Notes: generated by a model from the letters alone, not told the origin. 25,116 nt of DNA from a virus (IMGVR_UViG_3300011337_000231:1-25116), one strand, 5' to 3'; counted from the first letter of the stretch, positions 18,635-25,116 are shown. Translations and numbers: made by a program.

Positions 18635-18880
18635 ATGTGGATTGAAATAGATGTGATGCTGTCAGGTAGTACTATGGATTGGAAAGAATTGGGACTTGAT
18701 GTCAAGCATGAATTTGTCAGAAGGATGGTAAGGGTTCAGGACATAGCCTATGTACAGGAATTGGTGCATGATATCCAGGTGATATCCTTCTATGATAAGA
18801 CTAGCTGTCTGATCAGGGGTGAATACCAAAGGATCAGGGATGAAATCCTGCATTTAGATCAGGAAGAAGAAGACCTATAA
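18635..18880 (+). CDS. 81-aa hypothetical protein
   Basis: ATG 18635 lies 1 nt after the previous stop; last gene of the + strand late block. Confidence 0.7.
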   Translation: MWIEIDVMLSGSTMDWKELGLDVKHEFVRRMVRVQDIAYVQELVHDIQVISFYDKTSCLIRGEYQRIRDEILHLDQEEEDL

Positions 18881-19106
18881 GTTCAAAAAGTTTCACTATT
18901 TGTAAACCTATGAGTATATGCTGTTACCTTTTTGCATAATTCTGTAACAAATACACCCCTTTTTTGTTACAAGTGTAGACAAATTGTCTACAGTTATTCG
19001 GATAATTCCCGAATATGTCCTTGATTTTTTACAGGTTTTGTCAGGCTAATGTAAAGTATCTTATACATTAAGGGGGCAAAATGTAAACTAGCGTTTACTT
19101 TATCAT
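18881..19106. repeat. array of adjacent, mutually different inverted repeats between convergent genes
   Basis: IRs at 18943-18971, 18974-18992, 18995-19015, 19047-19070, 19083-19098, plus weaker ones. Confidence 0.8.
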
Positions 19107-19298
19107 TCATTCTGCATGAATTTTTCCTAGATATTCATCTACTATCTGCTTGATACTGACTTCCTTTTCCATGCTATCCATGTAGAACATCAGCCCTGCA
19201 TTTGATGATGTGCTGTAGTGCTTGATGAACCAATTCAGAAACAGACCTAGTTCATTCTTTTGATCAGTCAAAGAAATCCCATTTTTCATTCTCTTCAT
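19107..19298 (-). CDS. hypothetical protein, 60-63 aa
   Basis: Part of the minus-strand block; overlaps the upstream gene; the start may be 19289. Confidence 0.6.
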   Translation of the reverse strand: MKRMKNGISLTDQKNELGLFLNWFIKHYSTSSNAGLMFYMDSMEKEVSIKQIVDEYLGKIHAE

Positions 19299-19602
19299 TC
19301 ATTATTCTTTGAAACTTTGTAAGGAGTTCCATCTGATTTGGCTGTTCCTTTTTGTGCAGAATCTTCAGCAGCACTAGGTATCCTATCAGGTCATTGATGA
19401 CATCTTCATCATCCTTGTCAAGGCTTCCATTCTTGATTCTCTTTAGCTTATCATCTATCCTGACCTTCAGCCCTTCTTCAGGTGTCAGGTCTGAGAATAT
19501 CCCTAGGGGTTCTATGGCTGAATTGCCATACTTCTGATTCTTTGCTATCAGCATTTCTGTGATCTCTGATAGGACTTTATAGACTTCTTGGTGAAAATTC
19601 AT
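19264..19602 (-). CDS. DUF1599-like (nucleotide-modification-associated, all-alpha) protein
   Basis: 'KNQKYGNS', 'VRIDDKLKRI', 'DLIGYLVL' motifs; ATG 19602 is coupled to the upstream stop. Confidence 0.7.
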   Translation of the reverse strand: MNFHQEVYKVLSEITEMLIAKNQKYGNSAIEPLGIFSDLTPEEGLKVRIDDKLKRIKNGSLDKDDEDVINDLIGYLVLLKILHKKEQPNQMELLTKFQRIMNEENEKWDFFD

Positions 19603-19688
19603 GATAGACATTCAAATAGGTAAATGATAGCAATGGCAAAGATAAGGGTGTAGGCTACAAATAAAAGACAGCCCTTAATCTCTCTCAT
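19599..19688 (-). CDS. 29-aa single-TM peptide (MREIKGCLLFVAYTLIFAIAIIYLFECLS)
   Basis: Exactly bridges the two neighbouring minus-strand genes, with an ATGA overlap. Confidence 0.6.
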   Translation of the reverse strand: MREIKGCLLFVAYTLIFAIAIIYLFECLS

Positions 19689-19923
19689 AGTTCTGCCTGA
19701 ATGATTTGAACCTATCCCCATGCAGGTACTGAGATGTCCTGAACTTTGATCTTCCCTTCTTGACTAGTAGGCCATCTTCAAAAAGCACATAGAATTCATT
19801 CTCTGCTATTGCCTCATTCATGTCTAGGTAATCCCACCACCATTCAGCAGGCTTTCTATTTTCATCTATGACCTTTGAGGCTTTCCCGTACCCAAAAGGA
19901 TTCAGGATTTCTGATTCTTCCAT
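19675..19923 (-). CDS. 82-aa hypothetical protein
   Basis: First gene of the leftward block. Confidence 0.7.
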   Translation of the reverse strand: MEESEILNPFGYGKASKVIDENRKPAEWWWDYLDMNEAIAENEFYVLFEDGLLVKKGRSKFRTSQYLHGDRFKSFRQNYERD

Positions 19924-20071
19924 AAGAAATTTTCTGCATTTATACGGCTAAAAATCGACATTCTTAAAAAATATCAGATTTTGTTTAAAATATTTTTACT
20001 TAGTTGTAGGATTCTAATTTATTTATTCGTTTCTTTGATTCATCAAACAGGGACATAAAACCAAAAACACC
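19924..20071. promoter_or_regulatory. AT-rich divergent control region with degenerate -7 box (TTTCTTTG 20030-20037)
   Basis: Lies between divergent genes; shares a 13-bp element with the promoter at 22280. Confidence 0.6.
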
Positions 20072-20287
20072 ATGAACAGTAAACTTATTAGCAAAAAAAC
20101 AGATGCAAACGGAAACGAAATTTTAATTTATAGGCATTTCGTTTTAGCAGGAATGGAATTTTGTTATGCAAATGGCACAACAAAAAATAATAAAATTAAA
20201 AAGGTAGCTAGTTACACTTACCAAATAATTTATTCCCCATTGGGCGAAACAATATCTGAAACAAAAGGCAAAACAGTCTTTTATTAA
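20072..20287 (+). CDS. 71-aa AT-rich hypothetical early protein
   Basis: AACCAAA leader; followed by its own hairpin. Confidence 0.7.
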   Translation: MNSKLISKKTDANGNEILIYRHFVLAGMEFCYANGTTKNNKIKKVASYTYQIIYSPLGETISETKGKTVFY

Positions 20288-20294
20288 ATGAAAT

Positions 20295-20316
20295 GCCCCT
20301 TCGGGGGCTTTACTTT
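20295..20316 (+). terminator. GCCCC-TTCG-GGGGC-TTTACTTT hairpin (cUUCGg tetraloop)
   Basis: 5-bp GC stem, extra-stable loop, T-rich tail. Confidence 0.75.
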
Positions 20317-20329
20317 AAACCCTAAAAAA

Positions 20330-20584
20330 ATGAACTACAATTTAGACCACTACACAGATCAAGAAGTTGACTTCACCTATGATGGCATTGACTACAAATG
20401 GATAGGTGACTACACCATCGAATACTATGGTGAAGATGAAAGCGAATTTGCACCTGCCTACGGGGAGATGGAAGTCAGAATCAATCACACATCAAGCCTC
20501 ATGTCTTATGAAGATGGTGCTGATATAATCCCTACAGCATCTATCCTGATGGCAGTAGAACTAGAAATAGAACGCAATCAATAA
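20330..20584 (+). CDS. 84-aa acidic hypothetical protein
   Basis: ATG 20330 after an A-run is preferred, because the track start at 20288 crosses the hairpin. Confidence 0.7.
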   Translation: MNYNLDHYTDQEVDFTYDGIDYKWIGDYTIEYYGEDESEFAPAYGEMEVRINHTSSLMSYEDGADIIPTASILMAVELEIERNQ

Positions 20585-20602
20585 CCAATAAATACAAACC
20601 AA

Positions 20603-21154
20603 ATGGAAAGATCACCAAGTATCACAAATCTCACACAAGCCCTAGCAAAGTTTCACACTATGGTAGGAAAAATTTCAAAAGATGCTGCAAATCCTTTTTT
20701 CAAGAAGAACTATGCAAGCCTTCCCCACATCATTGATGAGATCACAGAACCCCTAGAAAAGGCAGGGCTAGTGCTGATGTCATTCCCTGATGCTGAAGGA
20801 TTGACTACCATGCTATCCCATGCTGACAGCGGTGAATACATGGCTGCCACCTACACACTTCAGGTAGTTAGGCAGAATGATCCACAGGCACAGGGTTCTT
20901 CTATCTCTTATGCTAGGAGGTATGCCATTACAAGCATCCTGAATCTACGGATTTCAGATGATGATGCAGAGGCAGCCACAAGGCCTGTGAGACAGCAGCC
21001 TGTACCTACAAAGTTAGCACCTACTGAAGAGCAATTTGCCTACATAGTCAGATACCTGAATGGCACAGATGCACAGAAGAAGCAGGCAAAGGAAGCCATG
21101 AGCAAATACACTTTCAACAAAGACCAACAAGATACCCTAGACGGACTAATATGA
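20603..21154 (+). CDS. erf: ERF-family single-strand annealing protein
   Basis: 'NPFFK.NYASL', 'PQAQGSSISYARRYA...L.I..DDD' ERF signature. Confidence 0.9.
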   Translation: MERSPSITNLTQALAKFHTMVGKISKDAANPFFKKNYASLPHIIDEITEPLEKAGLVLMSFPDAEGLTTMLSHADSGEYMAATYTLQVVRQNDPQAQGSSISYARRYAITSILNLRISDDDAEAATRPVRQQPVPTKLAPTEEQFAYIVRYLNGTDAQKKQAKEAMSKYTFNKDQQDTLDGLI

Positions 21155-21633
21155 ACCTATACGAAATCACTCAGGAAGCACAGTATCTAGCTGTGCTTCT
21201 TGAAACTGAAGAACTGACAGCAGAACTAGAAGAAGCCCTGATCATTAATCAGGATCAACTTCAGGCAAAGGCTGTGAACTATGCAAAAGTGATAGCCAAT
21301 TTCCAGGCAGAATCAGATGCTATAGATCAGGAGATCAAGAGACTGAAGGCCATGAAGGAAAGTAGAGAAAAGAAGATTGAATGGCTAAAGGAATCTGTTA
21401 AGAAGGCCATGCTAGTTAGCGGAATTGAGAAGGTAGAAAGCCCACTTTTCAAGCTATCTGTGAGGAGATCAGAAGCGGTGGAGGTAGATGTAGTGGAAGC
21501 CCTGCCTGCTGCCTTTCAGAATGTCAAGAATGTGGTGACAGCAGACAAGGTAGCCATCAAGGAAGCCATCAAAAGAGGTGAATTTGTGATGGGTGCTAGG
21601 ATAGTAGAAAACTTCAACCTACAGATCAAATGA
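21151..21633 (+). CDS. Siphovirus Gp157-family protein
   Basis: 'MNLYEI', coiled coil, 'DKVAIKEAIKRG..V.GA......LQIK'; adjacent to erf. Confidence 0.88.
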   Translation: MNLYEITQEAQYLAVLLETEELTAELEEALIINQDQLQAKAVNYAKVIANFQAESDAIDQEIKRLKAMKESREKKIEWLKESVKKAMLVSGIEKVESPLFKLSVRRSEAVEVDVVEALPAAFQNVKNVVTADKVAIKEAIKRGEFVMGARIVENFNLQIK

Positions 21634-21818
21634 GCCCTGATATAGATAAGTGCATAGGGACAAATTGTCCCCACAAAGAAACCTGCTACAGGTATACGGC
21701 TTTGCCTAGTGAATACCAATGGTATTTAAAGCCTCCTATCAAAGACGGGAAGTGCGATATGTATTGGGGAAAGAACGCTGAAAATATTTGGAATCAACTT
21801 AAAGAAATTGTCAAATGA
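21630..21818 (+). CDS. 62-aa Cys-rich protein (C-x4-C-x5-C...C)
   Basis: Four cysteines; ATGA overlaps on both sides. Confidence 0.7.
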   Translation: MSPDIDKCIGTNCPHKETCYRYTALPSEYQWYLKPPIKDGKCDMYWGKNAENIWNQLKEIVK

Positions 21819-21961
21819 ATAACTATCTATACCTAGGAAAATTTATCAAGAGACCTGGAGACCTAGCCCCTAAGGGGGTGAAGTCTACCTGTCAGACAGA
21901 AAGGCTACCATTCAATGAAACCTTTGAAAGATTATGGCATCTCATAAGTTCCAAAAAGTGA
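21815..21961 (+). CDS. 48-aa hypothetical protein (MNNYLYLGKFIKRPGDLAPKG...)
   Basis: ATGA-coupled to the upstream gene; fills the gap. Confidence 0.65.
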   Translation: MNNYLYLGKFIKRPGDLAPKGVKSTCQTERLPFNETFERLWHLISSKK

Positions 21962-22275
21962 GCAGGACTATACTATACCTGTATTCACAAGGATACACGA
22001 AAGTGCAGATTGCAGAAGGTCTAGGAATGAAAGATAGTCAGGTTACCTATGTCCTGTACACCCTGCTGAAGGTACATGAGGATCAGCCTAGGAAGTCCTG
22101 TGGTACTAGCCTAGTTGAATCAATGCCTAGGGATCAGGTGAACAGAATCATCACCTTGGCCTCATGGGGATATAATGGAAAGGAGATTGCAGAAGATACC
22201 TGCCTGCCTTACAATCGGATTCAGCTAGTGATCAAAGAGGCTACGGCAAAAAATTTGATAAAAAAATTTGTCTAG
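21934..22275 (+). CDS. tandem helix-turn-helix DNA-binding protein
   Basis: Two HTH-like repeats, 'LYSQGYTKVQIAEGLGM..SQV' and 'LASWGYNGKEIAEDTCL..NRI'; true start may be GTG 21958. Confidence 0.7.
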   Translation: MASHKFQKVSRTILYLYSQGYTKVQIAEGLGMKDSQVTYVLYTLLKVHEDQPRKSCGTSLVESMPRDQVNRIITLASWGYNGKEIAEDTCLPYNRIQLVIKEATAKNLIKKFV

Positions 22276-22279
22276 GGTA

Positions 22280-22309
22280 TTGTTTATTCTAATTTATTGT
22301 TTAGATTTG
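22280..22309 (+). promoter_or_regulatory. Bacteroidota-type housekeeping promoter TTG-N19-TAGATTTG
   Basis: TTG at 22280-22282 and TAnnTTTG at 22302-22309, 19 nt apart, intergenic. Confidence 0.75.
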
Positions 22310-22342
22310 TGAATCGAATAACAGCAAACAACCAAAACAGAC

Positions 22343-22546
22343 ATGGAAAATTTAATCAGTAAGAATCAGGAAGCACTTTCAACAGTAGACACCAAACATC
22401 TTCAGAAATTGTATGACTTTGTCAATGAGCAATTGATCATTCATCAGTTCAAAAGACATCTTGATTTAACAAAAAGAGATGAATATCAGCAAGATTGGTT
22501 TGACATTCAGCTAATCCTTCAGCAAAGAAATAACCTAACCAAATAA
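22343..22546 (+). CDS. 67-aa hypothetical protein
   Basis: First gene after the promoter; AACCAAA leader. Confidence 0.7.
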   Translation: MENLISKNQEALSTVDTKHLQKLYDFVNEQLIIHQFKRHLDLTKRDEYQQDWFDIQLILQQRNNLTK

Positions 22547-22550
22547 GATC

Positions 22551-22652
22551 ATGAAAAAAGCACTTAAAATCACAGGCAAGATTCTCTATTTCATCATTGC
22601 CCTGTCTCCCTTCTTTGCCCTGGGCTATATGCTAGGGATGAAATTATCGTAA
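22551..22652 (+). CDS. 33-aa single-TM peptide (MKKALKITGKILYFIIALSPFFALGYMLGMKLS)
   Basis: Fills the gap; basic N-terminus plus a hydrophobic helix. Confidence 0.65.
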   Translation: MKKALKITGKILYFIIALSPFFALGYMLGMKLS

Positions 22653-22674
22653 ACCAAAACAAACCAAAAAAGCA

Positions 22675-22980
22675 ATGGAAAATTTGACCATCAAAATTAC
22701 TCAAACTCAGGAGGTAGAATCTGAGGTATCTATACCAAAGTACTTCTGCATCAATAAGTACTACTACTACAAACTGATCTCAGAAAAAGCAGTCCTTGCA
22801 GTAACTTACTACACAGACAAGATAGAGAACATAGTAGCCCTAGAATTGTGGCCATCTATCAAGATAGAACACATCAGATATGTATCCTATATCCTGAAGG
22901 CTGACAACCTGGAAGAGATCACAGAAGAGGAGTTCAATTTACATCTAAATGCTGCAAAGAAATTAATCTATTCACTATGA
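22675..22980 (+). CDS. 101-aa hypothetical protein
   Basis: Double AACCAAA leader; 'EEITEEEF' motif. Confidence 0.7.
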   Translation: MENLTIKITQTQEVESEVSIPKYFCINKYYYYKLISEKAVLAVTYYTDKIENIVALELWPSIKIEHIRYVSYILKADNLEEITEEEFNLHLNAAKKLIYSL

Positions 22981-23180
22981 AGACTGACTCACAGAATGCT
23001 TTGATCAAGGGATGGCTATTGAATGGCCACTCCCTTACTACCCTAGATGCCTTGACTATGTTTGGATGCTTCAGGCTATCTGCAAGGATATCAAACCTGA
23101 AGGATCAGGGAATGAACATCACCACAGAAATGGTGGAGGTAAATGATAAACGAATAGCAAAATACTACCTAGCAAAATGA
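22977..23180 (+). CDS. small winged-HTH protein (HTH_39-like)
   Basis: 'G.SLT.LDAL..FGCFRLSARI..LK..G.NI.T'. Confidence 0.8.
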   Translation: MKTDSQNALIKGWLLNGHSLTTLDALTMFGCFRLSARISNLKDQGMNITTEMVEVNDKRIAKYYLAK

Positions 23181-23326
23181 GACGCAGATATCTAACAGAA
23201 TACGAAAAGGAACTCATCTTTGAAAGATGGCAGGACAGGATTCCTACAAAGGTCATAGCCATAGAATTAGGGGTCAGTTATATGTGCGTTTATAACCAAT
23301 TAAAAAAACGCTACCTAGTAGGATAA
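23177..23326 (+). CDS. 49-aa HTH protein (MRRRYLTEYEKELIF...IAIELGVSYMCVYNQLKK)
   Basis: ATGA-coupled; 'LT..E...I...IA.ELGVS...V' HTH pattern. Confidence 0.7.
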   Translation: MRRRYLTEYEKELIFERWQDRIPTKVIAIELGVSYMCVYNQLKKRYLVG

Positions 23327-23340
23327 TTCAAAAAAAGTTT

Positions 23341-23348
23341 TATATTTG
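23341..23348 (+). promoter_or_regulatory. -7 promoter box TATATTTG
   Basis: Exact TAnnTTTG directly upstream of the structured leader; no clear -33 TTG. Confidence 0.65.
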
Positions 23349-23351
23349 AAT

Positions 23352-23444
23352 ATCGAATTATTCCTGAGGTGAGAGGCAAGAATAATTCCATAGGTTAAAT
23401 TCAACCTGCCCGACAGACTCTCACCTGTTGGGCTTTTTTATTTT
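23352..23444 (+). ncRNA. structured leader/small RNA: three hairpins, the last an intrinsic terminator, with loop-loop complementarity
   Basis: Stems 23355-66/23377-88, 23392-96/23403-07 and 23408-16/23425-33 followed by TTTTTTATTTT; AGGTGAGAG (23367-75) is complementary to CTCTCACCT (23418-26). Confidence 0.7.
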
Positions 23445-23448
23445 CAAG

Positions 23449-24162
23449 ATGTTAGGATGGATTAAAGTTCACAGGCAACTTACTGACCATTGGATTTGGC
23501 AGAAGCCTGAGTATTTGAAATGGTGGCTTGATATTATCATTCAGGCAAACATAGAACCTAAGAAGGTACTGATCAAAGGTCAACTTCTAGAAGTCAACAG
23601 GGGACAGGTAATTTACTCCTATGATACCTGGGCGAATAGGTGGAAAATTAGCAAATCAAAAGTCATCAGGTTTTTAAAAATGCTTGAGAAGGATTCTATG
23701 ATAGTGCTAAAAAACGAAACGATAACGACACGGATAACTATCTGTAAATATGACACTTACCAAGGTGAGCGACACGATAGTGAAACGCAAGTGACACGCA
23801 CACGACACGCAAGTGACACGCAAGTGAAACCAACTAAAGAATATAAAGAATTAAAGAATGAAAGAACAGAAGAGAAGTACTTGTCTTTCGTAGAAATAGA
23901 AGCGGATATGGAAAAAGAGAAGCCCTTGAAAAGACCATACTTTAGAAGGATGTGTGAGATATATGACCTAGATGAAAAGACAGTAAGGGAATCATTCAAA
24001 AAATGGGCAGTCCTTAAAGAAGGAGAAGCAATGACTATAGACAAAGCACAGAATTCATTCAACCTGTACCTACAGAATAATTCAAAGACCTTGAAAGGAA
24101 CTACAGAAAAGGTGGAGGTATCAAAATACCCGAAGTCAACCCTAGAAGATAATTGGTGGTAA
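23449..24162 (+). CDS. replication initiator / replisome organiser (lambda O-like organisation)
   Basis: 'GWIKVHR.L..HWIW' N-terminus, wHTH-like region, 'ITICKYDTYQ' followed by an iteron-encoded linker; upstream of the helicase. Confidence 0.8.
   Translation: MLGWIKVHRQLTDHWIWQKPEYLKWWLDIIIQANIEPKKVLIKGQLLEVNRGQVIYSYDTWANRWKISKSKVIRFLKMLEKDSMIVLKNETITTRITICKYDTYQGERHDSETQVTRTRHASDTQVKPTKEYKELKNERTEEKYLSFVEIEADMEKEKPLKRPYFRRMCEIYDLDEKTVRESFKKWAVLKEGEAMTIDKAQNSFNLYLQNNSKTLKGTTEKVEVSKYPKSTLEDNWW
23714..23870 (+). repeat. iteron array (11-mers, consensus GTGACACGCAA) plus A-rich AAAGAAT repeats; putative replication origin
   Basis: Six tandem units at 23769-23834 and two more at 23714-23735, in the same 11-nt register. 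Confidence 0.8.
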
Positions 24163-24482
24163 TGGAATCAAAGCAGATACAGGAAATGAATGACCTGAAT
24201 AGGGATATTTGGGGAATGATAGTTCAAGCACAGAAGACTAAGAATTGGGCACTGATAGAAATCAACCTGAAGAGGCTGTACTCCTTACAAAAAAAGTATA
24301 TTAATATTATTAATATAATGGATTATGATTTAAAAGGTACTACCTTGGCATGGAAGGATGAGATCAGGGTCAGGAATCAATTTGAGAAGCAGTGGTTCAA
24401 GGATGTGGCAGAACGCAATGGGCACTACAAAGCAATGAAAGAGAACATAGATAAATACTTTGGTAATGAAGAGACAATCTGA
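24162..24482 (+). CDS. hypothetical protein between initiator and helicase
   Basis: TAATG coupling to the initiator; overlaps the helicase start. Confidence 0.65.
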   Translation: MESKQIQEMNDLNRDIWGMIVQAQKTKNWALIEINLKRLYSLQKKYINIINIMDYDLKGTTLAWKDEIRVRNQFEKQWFKDVAERNGHYKAMKENIDKYFGNEETI

Positions 24483-25116
24483 AAAGACATTTGACCTGGA
24501 CTTCTGCGAGGCTTCAATCAAAACCTTTGCAGCCCAAAAGGATTCAATGCTTCAGAACTTCCGTAAAGGAAAGGAAGCAGGATCAAAGACCTATGTGAGG
24601 GATATGGATCATGTCAGTAGTGGAGGGATGCAGAATAAGATGTGGTCATGGAAGGCAGGAGAATTTAACCTGTGGACAGGATACAACAATGAAGGCAAAA
24701 GTCAATTCCTGATCTTCCTTTGTGTATTGAAGGCAATAAATGAGGGGTGGAAGTTTGCATTCTTTAGCCCTGAGAACTACCCACCTGATGAGTTCTTTGA
24801 TGACATCATTCACACTATCCTAGGAAAGTCTACAGATAGAGCCTACAAGAATTTTGATGTGCAGGAAGATGAGTATCTGAGAGCCTTTGACATGGTGAAG
24901 GATAACTTCTTTTTTGTCTATCCTGAAAAGGACAAAGTGCCTGACTTTCGGATAGAGCAGATTGAATCTGTATTTGAATACCTTGTATGGGAGAAGGATG
25001 TGAAGGCAGTGATAGTAGATCCATACATCAAGATACGGCATGAGATGAGTGCAGGAGAACCTGAACACCTGTATGCATCTAGGTTCATGATGGACAGGAT
25101 CAACTTTACTAGAAAG
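24466..25116 (+). CDS. DnaB-like SF4 replicative helicase, truncated by the window end
   Basis: Open to the end (217 codons, absent from the track): Walker A 'TGYNNEGKS', 'FSPEN', Walker B-like 'VIVDPY'. Confidence 0.85.
   Translation, partial: MKRQSEKTFDLDFCEASIKTFAAQKDSMLQNFRKGKEAGSKTYVRDMDHVSSGGMQNKMWSWKAGEFNLWTGYNNEGKSQFLIFLCVLKAINEGWKFAFFSPENYPPDEFFDDIIHTILGKSTDRAYKNFDVQEDEYLRAFDMVKDNFFFVYPEKDKVPDFRIEQIESVFEYLVWEKDVKAVIVDPYIKIRHEMSAGEPEHLYASRFMMDRINFTRK

Noticed and set aside
18881-19106. CRISPR array or mini-array
   Set aside because: No repeated identical unit or regular spacer length; no cas genes.
18994-19110. 38-aa minus-strand ORF (MNDKVNASLHF...) coupled to the upstream stop
   Set aside because: Runs through the palindromes and has no protein-like features; cannot be supported.
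309-25103. Numerous 60-110 aa antisense or alternate-frame ORFs in the track (e.g. 309-524, 10568-10908, 13539-14705, 23757-24062, 24820-25103)
   Set aside because: They are shadows of well-supported + strand genes and have no recognisable motifs.
1-25116. Integrase, att site, terminase, tRNA or intron/intein
   Set aside because: None recognised in this window, so the lifestyle (temperate or lytic) cannot be determined.

Overview
A 25 kb segment of a tailed dsDNA phage, most likely a siphovirus of a Bacteroidota (Flavobacteriia/Cytophagia-like) host. Host evidence: TAnnTTTG promoter boxes, A-rich leaders without Shine-Dalgarno sites, and the style of the structural genes. The + strand from 1 to 18880 is the late region. 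It holds tail/baseplate genes, a mosaic fibre, tape measure, XkdF-like prohead protease, scaffold, major capsid, tail tube, portal, head-tail connectors and a lysis module. A 225 bp array of inverted repeats and four small minus-strand genes follow. A rightward early/replication region then carries ERF, Gp157, three HTH proteins, a replication initiator with internal iterons and a truncated DnaB-like helicase. Most notable: (1) near-total absence of CCAG/CTGG except inside CCWGG, with CTAG common and CG scarce; (2) a three-hairpin leader RNA with a 9-bp loop-terminator pairing before the initiator; (3) the back-to-back array of different palindromes; (4) an in-frame TAA inside the scaffold gene; (5) a portal fused to wHTH-like and Cys/His domains; (6) a TAYTTA-N5-ATG motif before late genes. 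Family calls come from motif recognition by eye; no database search was run.
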